From NCBI GenBank assembly GCA_031370005.1, contig JANMPT010000061.1, forward strand, positions 1 to 30,779: 30,779 bases of DNA, read 5' to 3'. Positions within the stretch are counted from its first letter, which is position 1, and every line of letters starts with the position of its first letter. Shown piece by piece: positions 1 through 10,142 of the stretch. The notes beneath the pieces were generated by a model, which was given only the letters and a program-made list of their open reading frames with translations, was not told the origin of the DNA and made no database searches. Origin of the DNA: Bdellovibrionales bacterium. GTDB taxonomy: Bacteria > Bdellovibrionota > Bdellovibrionia > Bdellovibrionales > Bdellovibrionaceae. The position numbers and the translations under genes are program-made.

Positions 1-2511
1 GTACAAGTAAAGATCGCTTAGCCTATTAACGACTAAGTCGAAATTGTAGTAATAATCAAGAATTGTCGTCGTGAGCCCATGACCCTTCACCGCACGCCTT
101 GAAGGCAAATCCACAAAATCCGAAGAAAAAATCCAATCCACTTCTCCAAATACATATTCATCAGTACTTCTTCTTTGTTGATCGGTGGCAATTCGATCGC
201 CCGCATATCCTAAAAGGTCTTTGATGCTGTAAGGGCCTCCGATAACATTAATTTTGCTTGAGTTTGCAAGATAAGCGAAACTGTAAGACCCAAGCGGACT
301 GGCAATCGACGTTAAAAGTCCACTTGTTGCATTGTACGTATAGGTTGCGGTCTGACCGTCTGGTCGAACAATTGAAGTTAGCTGTTTGTCGAGGTTGTAA
401 TCATAGGTCGTGTCTTTTGGTGTAAAAGAAAGGTTTGGAGGTGCGTACTTGGATAAGCCCTCAAATAAGTTATATTCAAACATATGTTTTGGACGGCTTG
501 GCGGGGTCACTCCTTTTATGTTTCCATTTTTATCGTATTCAACTGTTGTAACAGTCAAATCTGGTTTCATGACAGTTGTCACTCTTCCAGAAGCGTCATA
601 TCCGTAAGTGGTTTCTTGATTTAATACGTCTTTGGTTTTTTGAATCGTGCCGTCAGTATTGTATGTATATTCTGTGCGGTAACGAGTTCCTTGTTGCGTG
701 TAGCTAATCCGTCCGTTTAAATCGTAGGCGTAATCCCACGCCGTATCTGTTCCTACCTGGGTTTGAACAGTTTTTCCATAGTTATCAATTACTTCTTTCG
801 AAAGCCCACCCTCAGTGGTCGAGGTTGTAAACGTCTTTGTGCTGGCGTCATAGGCTTTCGTAATAACTGAATATCCAGAGTTGTAATTTCCTCTGGTGGT
901 GGTTTCTGTTCGCGTTGCCACTGAAAAAGGATCAGAGCCCGACAGCGTAGCCTGCTTATTTATAGTAATCGCCTCAGTGCTGGTTCCTAAGTATACACTC
1001 ATCCAGCTCATATAATTGCCGGCAGTTGACCAAATGGGATCTGGAGAAAACACACCATTAAAGCTCGTATATGGTGAGCGCGACTCTTGTGAGGCTGAGC
1101 TTGAGTTTGCTATTTTGACTTCCCCTGTTGGAAGAGTTTCAATTCGGGAGCTATTAGATATTTCAGTATCAAATGAGGTTGCGTAGGTTGTTGTTCTACC
1201 CATTTGAGACGTCTTAATAATTGGTTTTGAGGCTTGATTCACATCTCGCAAAAACTGCCAGAAGTTGCCAAAAGCGCCCTGTTCTTTTGTTAGATTCCCG
1301 TCCGTATCATATGTAAATGTCGTGGTTTGGCCCTCTGGCTTTTGAAAAGTCGCTAAAAGACCTGTTGGGCCGTAGGTCATGTTATAGGTTTCGTTGGCAG
1401 GATTTGTGACCGCTGAAATATATCCATTTATATCTAAAGAAACACTCGTGACTTTTCCATAGGGGCTAGTTAGCCCCGTGATCGCTCCACTGCTGCGATT
1501 TATAGTTGTTTCGTTACCATAGGCATCGGCAATTTTTGTTAAGCACTGATTTGCATCATACGTCATCGTATAGAGGTCTGCCCCCACAATGGCCGACTTG
1601 GTTTTTAGGTGCCTTCCGTCGGCGGCAAAGACATAAGCTTCCCGTCCATCAGCACTTAAAACTGCAAGCTCGCCGCTTGTCAGCGTTTTAAAATCAGTAT
1701 TTTTAAATGTTCCATCCCCATACCAAAGCCTTTTTGCTGCAACATCAAGAAAATGAACTGGTGTGATATTCCACCCTGCCATGCAAATGCGGGACGGCAA
1801 AAATGTTCCAATAGCTAAGGATCTTCTGTCTAGAAGCTTAAAAGGCGTTCCGTTTTCGAAAGTCGCCGAATAATTAATCGCCGTTGAGTTTTGAATAAAA
1901 TTCGCACTGTTATCTAAGTGGTCCCAATCATAATTAAAATTTAGATTGTCAGAGGGTGTGATGCTAAAATTTTCAGTGCGGCCAGCAAATGTAAGCTCAA
2001 TATTAATGGAAGATAAATTTGAAGGCGGCGCAGTGCCAGTTAGAGGAATCGTAATTCTGGTGCCCTGCTTATACCCCAGTGTTCTTTGTGAGTCATAAGT
2101 TAAACTCCAATTTGTACCCGCAATCGGAATGGCCTCCGTGAAGGTCTGAGCATCAATGTTAATAACCGAGCCGCTGTCGGTTGCCGGGCATTGGTTTTTA
2201 TTCCCCGCATTTTCTAAGCTCTTTGTACGCCCCGTTCCAGCGCTCGCGTCTGCGGTGATCACACAATTACGATAACTAAGATATCTTTCGCTGCAGCCGT
2301 CACCGTACAAGGCATGATAGGTATCTGAACAAAGAAAGCCCATCGTGATCGTTTGCGCCCCGACTGGGCAGTTGGCAAAAAAAGCCTCTCTCTCGATAAT
2401 ATCCTGCGGCGATCCGCACTCCAGATACCCACTTCCCCCTGGGCAAGTAATGCTTGCTTTGGAGGCCAAAGCCCCGAAAATAATAAAGATTAAAGATAGA
2501 ATTGATTTCAT
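1..2511 (-). CDS. Secreted YD/RHS-repeat, teneurin-like protein (N-terminal 837 codons; 3' end lies outside the window)
   Basis: Manual translation from ATG at 2511 is open to base 1; the ORF track missed it because there is no stop in the window. Signal-peptide-like start MKSILSLIFIIFGALASKAS, a Cys-rich segment, teneurin-like motifs (GSVINIDAQTFTEAIPIAGTNWSLTYDSQRTLGY; LTFAGR; NLNFNYDWD; AGWNITPVHFLD; LWYGDG; SADGREAYVFAADGRH), then many YD repeats (TTTFTYDTDGNLT, YAYDLNGRIS, TTYGYDASGRVTTV, TTYDYNLDKQLTSIVRPDG). Confidence 0.9.
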   Translation of the reverse strand, partial: MKSILSLIFIIFGALASKASITCPGGSGYLECGSPQDIIEREAFFANCPVGAQTITMGFLCSDTYHALYGDGCSERYLSYRNCVITADASAGTGRTKSLENAGNKNQCPATDSGSVINIDAQTFTEAIPIAGTNWSLTYDSQRTLGYKQGTRITIPLTGTAPPSNLSSINIELTFAGRTENFSITPSDNLNFNYDWDHLDNSANFIQNSTAINYSATFENGTPFKLLDRRSLAIGTFLPSRICMAGWNITPVHFLDVAAKRLWYGDGTFKNTDFKTLTSGELAVLSADGREAYVFAADGRHLKTKSAIVGADLYTMTYDANQCLTKIADAYGNETTINRSSGAITGLTSPYGKVTSVSLDINGYISAVTNPANETYNMTYGPTGLLATFQKPEGQTTTFTYDTDGNLTKEQGAFGNFWQFLRDVNQASKPIIKTSQMGRTTTYATSFDTEISNSSRIETLPTGEVKIANSSSASQESRSPYTSFNGVFSPDPIWSTAGNYMSWMSVYLGTSTEAITINKQATLSGSDPFSVATRTETTTRGNYNSGYSVITKAYDASTKTFTTSTTEGGLSKEVIDNYGKTVQTQVGTDTAWDYAYDLNGRISYTQQGTRYRTEYTYNTDGTIQKTKDVLNQETTYGYDASGRVTTVMKPDLTVTTVEYDKNGNIKGVTPPSRPKHMFEYNLFEGLSKYAPPNLSFTPKDTTYDYNLDKQLTSIVRPDGQTATYTYNATSGLLTSIASPLGSYSFAYLANSSKINVIGGPYSIKDLLGYAGDRIATDQQRRSTDEYVFGEVDWIFSSDFVDLPSRRAVKGHGLTTTILDYYYNFDLVVNRLSDLYLY

Positions 2512-2703
2512 CCCCACCACCGCCAGTAATATATTGTTTATAGTCAATGTTTGTTTAATTTTAGGAGGGTTGTCAACGGGGTTTTTAAGTATATCTGGCT
2601 TAACCATGACGCCAATCAAATTTCGCATTGCGTACCTGGTATTGCCCCGAATACCGCTTGCTCGAAAGCGCCGACCCGTGATACCCAAGATGGCAACTAT
2701 AAC

Positions 2704-2807
2704 TCACTTTTCGATAAACACTGGTCCCGCAAAATGGGAATTACTTGTTTCTCCTCCGAGGAACAGGCTCTGTCGAAAGGGTGGCTAACCAGATAAAAGG
2801 AGAGACC
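2704..2807 (+). promoter_or_regulatory. Putative S2 (t44-like) autoregulatory leader RNA of rpsB
   Basis: Outer helix CACTTTTCGATA (2705-2716) with TGTCGAAAGGGTG (2771-2783), two inner hairpins, and pseudoknot-type pairing CTGGT (2721-2725) with ACCAG (2788-2792) just before the AAGGAG RBS. Position and topology match known rpsB leaders. Confidence 0.6.
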
Positions 2808-3758
2808 ATGGCTCAAGTAACCATGAAAGAAATGCTCGACGCAGGCGTTCACTTTGGACACCAAACCCAGCGTTGGAACCCAAAAATGAAAAATTACGTA
2901 TATACGGCTCGCGGAGGCATTCATATTATTGATCTCCAGAAGACCGTCGTGCGCGCACAAAAAGCTGCCGAATTCGTAAAGGAGATCGCGGCTAGTGGCG
3001 GTCGGTTGATCTTCGTGGGCACAAAAAAACAAGCCATTGAACCCATCCAAGAAGCCGCTCAAAGATGCGGTCAATACTATGTTACTAAGCGCTGGTTGGG
3101 CGGAATGCTCACGAACTTCGAAACCATCAAGTCTTCTATTGCACGTCTTCGAAAAATCGACCAAATGAAGGAAAAGGGCGAATTCAATTATCTCACTAAA
3201 AAAGAACGCGCTGGTCTTGAAAAAGAATACACTCGCTTGTCTGATTTCTTGAACGGTATTCGCGATATGAAAGAAATGCCTTCTGCAATGTTCGTCGTCG
3301 ACTTGCCAAAAGAACATATTGCCGTTGCTGAAGCAACTCGCTTGGGCATCCCCGTCATTGGTATCGCGGACTCAAACTCTGACCCCGAAATTATACAATT
3401 TCCTATTCCAGGAAATGACGATGCCATTCGCTCCATCAAGCTTTTCACTAACATGGTGGCTGACTCTTACATCGAAGGAGCAAAAGTTTGGGAGCAAAAA
3501 CTTCGTGCTAATACTGACAAACAATCTGACGTTGCTGCTGAAGAAAAAAGCGAAGCTCGAGAGGAAGCGCCAAAAAAACGCGCACCTCGTCCTGGGACTA
3601 CGCCCAAGCCGACAGCTACTGCTAAACCAGCAGGGCCGTCTATTGTTAAGGCGGCTAAAGCTCGCAAGCTAGTTGCAGCAGGTACTGCAGAAGACTTGGA
3701 GATCCAAGCTGAGCTCGAGAGTCCAACAACTGAGAGCACCGACGAAACGGCTGAGTAA
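2808..3758 (+). CDS. rpsB: 30S ribosomal protein S2 with extended C-terminal tail
   Basis: MLDAGVHFGHQTQRWNPKM, RWLGGMLTNF and IPGNDDAIRSI signatures. Start moved to ATG 2808, after AAGGAG. Confidence 0.99.
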   Translation: MAQVTMKEMLDAGVHFGHQTQRWNPKMKNYVYTARGGIHIIDLQKTVVRAQKAAEFVKEIAASGGRLIFVGTKKQAIEPIQEAAQRCGQYYVTKRWLGGMLTNFETIKSSIARLRKIDQMKEKGEFNYLTKKERAGLEKEYTRLSDFLNGIRDMKEMPSAMFVVDLPKEHIAVAEATRLGIPVIGIADSNSDPEIIQFPIPGNDDAIRSIKLFTNMVADSYIEGAKVWEQKLRANTDKQSDVAAEEKSEAREEAPKKRAPRPGTTPKPTATAKPAGPSIVKAAKARKLVAAGTAEDLEIQAELESPTTESTDETAE

Positions 3759-3774
3759 TTCTTAAAGAACTACC

Positions 3775-3813
3775 AAAACAGCCGCGCCCCTATACAGGGG
3801 TGCTGTTGTTTTT
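3775..3813 (+). terminator. Stem-loop with U-rich 3' arm between rpsB and tsf (terminator/attenuator-like)
   Basis: AAAACAGC-c-GCGCCCCT-ATAC-AGGGGTGC-t-GTTGTTTTT forms a stem of about 16 bp ending in a T run. Confidence 0.55.
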
Positions 3814-3879
3814 CCGTGGAATCCAATTTCTCTGCATAAGTTATGTAATTATAATAATACACCTGAAGGAGATTTCCTT

Positions 3880-5524
<1,645 letters not shown>

Positions 5525-5537
5525 AGAGGAAATAGTC

Positions 5538-6095
5538 ATGCTTGCAGATTTAAAGAAAAACACTCAAGAAAAAATGGAGAAGGCAACTAAAGCATTAGTC
5601 GAGGATCTTAAAAAAATCCGTACGGGCAAAGCCCAGGTATCTATGCTTGATGGAGTCAAAGTAATTTACTACGGAAGCCTTACGCCACTATCTCAGGTTG
5701 CCTCAGTTTCTTGCCCTGATGCTAAGTCTTTCCTTATTTCGCCCTGGGAATCTTCGATTCTAAAAGACATCGAGAGTGCTCTTGTAAAAAGTGATCTTGG
5801 GATGGCGCCAATGAATGATGGCAAAGTGATTCGAATGAAAGTACCTGATCTCACAGAAGAGCGTCGTAAAGACCTTGCGAAGCAAGTTAAAAAAGTTGCT
5901 GAGGACTCTCGTGTTGCCATTCGCCTTATTCGCCGTGATGCCAACGAAGTCGTAAAAAAAGCTTTAAAAGATAAGCTTGCCAGCGAAGATGAGGCTAAAA
6001 AATCTGAAACAGAAATTCAAAAAATAACTGATGACCATATTAAAAAAGTCGATCAGATCACGGAAGAAAAAGAAAAGAGTATCATGACCATATAA
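5538..6095 (+). CDS. frr: Ribosome recycling factor
   Basis: IRTGKA, PDLTEERRKDLAK, RVAIRLIRRDAN; start moved to ATG 5538 after AGAGGA. Confidence 0.98.
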   Translation: MLADLKKNTQEKMEKATKALVEDLKKIRTGKAQVSMLDGVKVIYYGSLTPLSQVASVSCPDAKSFLISPWESSILKDIESALVKSDLGMAPMNDGKVIRMKVPDLTEERRKDLAKQVKKVAEDSRVAIRLIRRDANEVVKKALKDKLASEDEAKKSETEIQKITDDHIKKVDQITEEKEKSIMTI

Positions 6096-6129
6096 GCTTC
6101 GCCCTCGAGCTTATATTCCGGGAGACCTA

Positions 6130-6855
6130 ATGGCTTTACCAAATCACATTGCAATTATTATGGACGGAAATGGACGTTGGGCCCATATTCGCAATAAGCC
6201 ACGTGTTTTCGGTCATATCAAAGGTACACGTATTGCCAAAAAAATGATCACATCCTGTTCCCGCAAAGGAATCAAAAATCTTACGCTTTATGCTTTCAGC
6301 ACGGAAAACTGGCTGCGCCCGCAGGCCGAAGTCGTCTTTTTGATGAACTTGCTCCGGCGCTACCTAAAAAAAGAGCGTGAAAACTTGGTAAAAGAAAATA
6401 TCCGCTTTTCTGTCATCGGTGATATCTCAAAAGTACCAGATGACGTTCGAGCCGCCATCACGAGCGCGATGCTAGCAACTGCAAAGTGCACAGGCCTGAA
6501 TCTCATATTTGCAATTAGCTACGGCTCTCGTCAGGAAATAGCGAATGCAGTCCGTACCATCCTTGCAAAAGTTGCCGCTGGTGAACTTGAGCCCTCGAGT
6601 GTTGATGAGTCTGTCATCAATGCGGCGCTAAGCACTTACCCGACGCCTGATCCAGATTTAATCATTCGCACAAGCGGCGAGCTTCGTCTTTCTAACTTTT
6701 TAATGTGGCAAGCCGCCTATAGCGAATTTTACTTTACCTCTACGCTATGGCCAGATTTTACGGAAGCGGACCTTGACAAGGCACTTCAGGATTATCAAAG
6801 CAGACAAAGAAGATTCGGAGCTATTGAAATCAATGACGAAAACATTTCTCATTAG
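6130..6855 (+). CDS. uppS: Undecaprenyl diphosphate synthase (isoprenyl transferase)
   Basis: HIAIIMDGNGRWA, YAFSTENWLRP, DLIIRTSGELRLSNFLMWQAAYSE. Confidence 0.98.
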   Translation: MALPNHIAIIMDGNGRWAHIRNKPRVFGHIKGTRIAKKMITSCSRKGIKNLTLYAFSTENWLRPQAEVVFLMNLLRRYLKKERENLVKENIRFSVIGDISKVPDDVRAAITSAMLATAKCTGLNLIFAISYGSRQEIANAVRTILAKVAAGELEPSSVDESVINAALSTYPTPDPDLIIRTSGELRLSNFLMWQAAYSEFYFTSTLWPDFTEADLDKALQDYQSRQRRFGAIEINDENISH

Positions 6856-7654
6856 AACATTCTCTGCAGTCATTGCTTTGGCAATCCTTGTTGCAATTTA
6901 TTATTTTTTGCAAATCCCTGGCCTTAGGCTTGTTTGTTATTTAGCAGTTTTTGTCGGCGGCTATGAGCTAACCCGAATCCTGCTGCCAAAGGAAAGTGGA
7001 AAGTTCCATAAAATTCTTTTCTATTTGGTGCTTCTGCTTATTTTTCACTTGGCTGCTAATTATGCCGCTTTTGCTGTGGTGGCCTTTTCATTACTGACAG
7101 TTGTTTTCTTAATTCTCAGTATTTTGGCACATGGGGCTTTTAATGACCTAGGTAATTTAGTTCGCTATCAAGCAACCTCCGTATTAGGCTTTGTTTATGT
7201 TGGTCTACTTCCTTCATATGCATATCGTCTTCTGGATCTAAATCATGGTTTGTTTTGGTTTTTTACTCTTTTAGCCGTGGTTTTTGGTGGTGATATTGGC
7301 GCATATCTTGTTGGCGTTTTGGTAGGAAAGCACAAAATCAACCCTCGTATTTCACCAAAAAAAACCTGGGAGGGGTCTATTGGTGGCCTTATTGGCTCAC
7401 TGATTGCTGGTTATGCGTGTTCACTGTTTCTTCCACAAATTCAACTCAAGACTCTTTTAGTAACAGCACTTTGCGCGGGTTTTGCCGCTCAATTCGGTGA
7501 TTTTTTTGAGTCTCTCATTAAGCGGGTTGTTGACGTTAAAGACTCCGGTAATTTAATGCCGGGACATGGCGGTGTTTTAGATCGACTCGACGGAGTGTTG
7601 TTTGCCAGTCCCATTATAATGATTGTGGCATCTCTTTTTGAGTCGCAGATTTAA
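6833..7654 (+). CDS. cdsA: Phosphatidate cytidylyltransferase
   Basis: Polytopic membrane protein with ISPKKTWEG and ESLIKR..VKDSGNLMPGHGGVLDRLD; start moved to ATG 6833. Confidence 0.97.
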   Translation: MTKTFLIRTFSAVIALAILVAIYYFLQIPGLRLVCYLAVFVGGYELTRILLPKESGKFHKILFYLVLLLIFHLAANYAAFAVVAFSLLTVVFLILSILAHGAFNDLGNLVRYQATSVLGFVYVGLLPSYAYRLLDLNHGLFWFFTLLAVVFGGDIGAYLVGVLVGKHKINPRISPKKTWEGSIGGLIGSLIAGYACSLFLPQIQLKTLLVTALCAGFAAQFGDFFESLIKRVVDVKDSGNLMPGHGGVLDRLDGVLFASPIIMIVASLFESQI

Positions 7655-7696
7655 ACACACAGGTCTGACGTCTAGGACCACGCCTAATTCGCCATA

Positions 7697-7723
7697 TCAA
7701 CGAGTAAATTTCCTGGCCGATAC
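7697..7723 (+). promoter_or_regulatory. Putative sigma-28 (FliA)-type promoter upstream of rseP
   Basis: TCAA-N15-GCCGATAC matches the FliA consensus (TAAA/TCAA-N15-GCCGATAA) with exact spacing. Confidence 0.5.
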
Positions 7724-7750
7724 GGCGTCTCCTAAGTAAAATAAATCTAT

Positions 7751-9415
7751 ATGGAAATTATACTCTTATTTTTTCACAAAGCCTTTTCTTCGTTCGTTCC
7801 TTTTGTCATCCTATTGGGCATTTTGATTTTTATTCATGAATTTGGGCATTTTATTATTGCCCGCCTCTGTGGAGTGCGCGTAGAAGTTTTCAGCCTTGGG
7901 TTTGGAAAAAAGATTTTCCAATACAAAAAAGGCGATACAAACTATTGCGTGTCGATTATCCCCCTAGGCGGCTATGTTAAAATGTTTGGTGACCAGCCGG
8001 GTGCTGAAATCGCGGAAGAAGATAAAAAGCACTCCTTCACCCACAAAAATGTATGGCAAAGAATTTCCATTGTTCTTGCCGGCCCACTGATGAATTTCTT
8101 CTTTGCAATTTTTATTTTCTTCGTTGTTGCTTTTATCGGTGAGGACTATCGCGCAGCACGTGTCGGCGATGTTATGACCGACTCAAAAGCTTATGCTGCG
8201 GGCTTTAGAGCCGGAGATAAAATTACTTCTGTCAATGGCGCCCCAGTTAAAACATGGGATGAGTTCGAAACTAAGCTTGTAGATATGCATAATACCCAAG
8301 CGATGATTGATATCGAAAGAGGCACAAAATCAAGCACACTAAAAGTGGATATCGTTAGCAAACCAAATCCAAATGTTTTAAGCATGGCTCCAACTGTAGG
8401 AGAAATTGACGGCCTTTCCCCTCTGTCAAAGGCGGCATTGATTGGTGTTAAGAAAGACTCCCCCCTAGCGACTTTGGGTCTTAAAACTGGCGATAGGGTG
8501 ACCGCGATTAATGGTGAAAAAGTTCTCTTCTGGAGAGATCTTGAGCCAACATTGGAGAAACAAAGCCCCAAACAGGCTCTTCAAATTGATGTTGAAAGAG
8601 GGCCCTCTGCAGAGGCTCCAACTGCGGAAACCATGAGCATAACTTTAGCTCCCATTGGGCTTCCTAAATACAGCTTCAATACTTTGAAACTAGAAAGTGC
8701 GGATTTATATTTAGGAACAATTCTTGACGGCGCCCCCGCAAAAGCCGCTGGCCTTATGTCTGGGGATCGCATCATTCAAATTAATGACACTAAAATCGAA
8801 AAGTGGGACGACGTTATTTCTTCTGTCAAATCTTATGACGGCAAAGATGGTGTTAAAGTACAGGTCCTTCGTGGGACTGAGCTCTTAAAAATGACGATCA
8901 TCCCGCAGATGATTTCGCAAATGACATCCGGCGGAACAGAGGATAAGCGCTATACTATTGGCGTAGCACCTTTTATCAATTATGCGATGCCTGAGATTGT
9001 AAAGCTTAGCACCAACAACCCGGCTGTGGCCCTTAAAATTGGTGCACAAAGAACATGGGATGTCTCTGTAATGACTGTGATGAGCTTTGTTCGCCTTTTC
9101 CAAGGAAAAGTTTCTCCGAAAAATATTGGCGGAATCATTTCAATTGGTCAGGCCGCAAGTGAAACCTTCAAAATTGGCATGAGCCCTTTCTTAAGAATGA
9201 TGGGCTTAATTTCGGTTAATCTGTTCATCTTGAATCTTTTGCCAATTCCAGTTCTTGATGGTGGTCATCTTCTGTTCTACACCATTGAAGCCTTAAAGGG
9301 CGCGCCAATCAGTATGAAGAAAATGGAGATTGCACAGCAGGTTGGTCTTGTTCTTCTAATGAGTTTAATGGTCTTTGCTCTTTTCAATGACTTCTCTCGT
9401 TTATTTGGAATGTAG
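7751..9415 (+). CDS. rseP: Site-2 intramembrane zinc metalloprotease RseP with three PDZ domains
   Basis: HEFGH, IPLGGYVKM, LAGPLMN, NLLPIPVLDGGH; three GD(K/R)(I/V)xx(V/I)N PDZ signatures. Confidence 0.97.
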   Translation: MEIILLFFHKAFSSFVPFVILLGILIFIHEFGHFIIARLCGVRVEVFSLGFGKKIFQYKKGDTNYCVSIIPLGGYVKMFGDQPGAEIAEEDKKHSFTHKNVWQRISIVLAGPLMNFFFAIFIFFVVAFIGEDYRAARVGDVMTDSKAYAAGFRAGDKITSVNGAPVKTWDEFETKLVDMHNTQAMIDIERGTKSSTLKVDIVSKPNPNVLSMAPTVGEIDGLSPLSKAALIGVKKDSPLATLGLKTGDRVTAINGEKVLFWRDLEPTLEKQSPKQALQIDVERGPSAEAPTAETMSITLAPIGLPKYSFNTLKLESADLYLGTILDGAPAKAAGLMSGDRIIQINDTKIEKWDDVISSVKSYDGKDGVKVQVLRGTELLKMTIIPQMISQMTSGGTEDKRYTIGVAPFINYAMPEIVKLSTNNPAVALKIGAQRTWDVSVMTVMSFVRLFQGKVSPKNIGGIISIGQAASETFKIGMSPFLRMMGLISVNLFILNLLPIPVLDGGHLLFYTIEALKGAPISMKKMEIAQQVGLVLLMSLMVFALFNDFSRLFGM

Positions 9416-9422
9416 TTAATTT

Positions 9423-10127
9423 ATGATCATACTCGCAATGGAAACCAGCACCCAACTCGGCGGAGTGGCGCTGATTAAGAATGGGCAAGTTATTGCTGCG
9501 GAGTGCTCTTTACGGCAGAAGTCTCATAGCGAAGTTCTAAACAAATTTGTTCAAAATTGTTTAGAAAAAACTAATCTCAAGCTTACAGATATAGACGCCT
9601 TTGCCGTTGGGCAGGGCCCTGGAAGTTTTACCGGAATTCGCGTTGCAGCAAGCGCAGGCAAAAGCTTTTCTTATGTCTATAATAAACCCTTGGTCGCAAT
9701 CGACTCTTTGGTTTTACTTGCGGCTTCTGTAGAGTCCAAACTTCCCGTACTGTCTATTATCAATGCGTATAAAAACATGGTTTACTTTGGGCTCTTCGAT
9801 CTTACAAAAGGCTCAGAGCCCGTATACCTCCAGGGGCCGATCGCCGTGCCCGTTCAAAAACTAGAGGCACTCATCACCCAGGACGTTTTAGTGGTCGGTG
9901 ATGGCTTTGAAACTTACCACGAGTATCTTTCAGATAATTTGAAGAGATATCTTCACCGCGATGATCAATTTTCTAACTATCCGCAAGCAGAAGCCCTCGG
10001 GCTTCTTGCAGAAAAACGTATTCAGGAAAACAAGACCATCGAATGGAATTCTTTCGTGCCCCTTTATATCCGCGCCTCCGAAGCCGAAGAGAACAGAAGA
10101 GGAATAATAATTTCCCCTCTAAAATAA
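9423..10127 (+). CDS. tsaB: tRNA threonylcarbamoyladenosine biosynthesis protein TsaB
   Basis: ILAMETST, GPGSFTGIRV, PLYIR motifs. Confidence 0.96.
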   Translation: MIILAMETSTQLGGVALIKNGQVIAAECSLRQKSHSEVLNKFVQNCLEKTNLKLTDIDAFAVGQGPGSFTGIRVAASAGKSFSYVYNKPLVAIDSLVLLAASVESKLPVLSIINAYKNMVYFGLFDLTKGSEPVYLQGPIAVPVQKLEALITQDVLVVGDGFETYHEYLSDNLKRYLHRDDQFSNYPQAEALGLLAEKRIQENKTIEWNSFVPLYIRASEAEENRRGIIISPLK

Positions 10128-10142
10128 TTTTGGAGTTAGTCC

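Noticed and set aside
1..300. Assigning a toxin activity to the YD-repeat protein
   Set aside because: The RHS core end and C-terminal domain lie outside the window.
410..2796. Plus-strand ORFs 410-607, 1506-1691, 2345-2788 and 2551-2796
   Set aside because: They are antisense to the long YD-repeat gene or overlap the rpsB promoter and leader; no recognisable motifs.
6090..6116. ATATAAGCT/AGCTTATAT inverted repeat after frr as a terminator
   Set aside because: AT-rich stem with no U tract; function unsupported.
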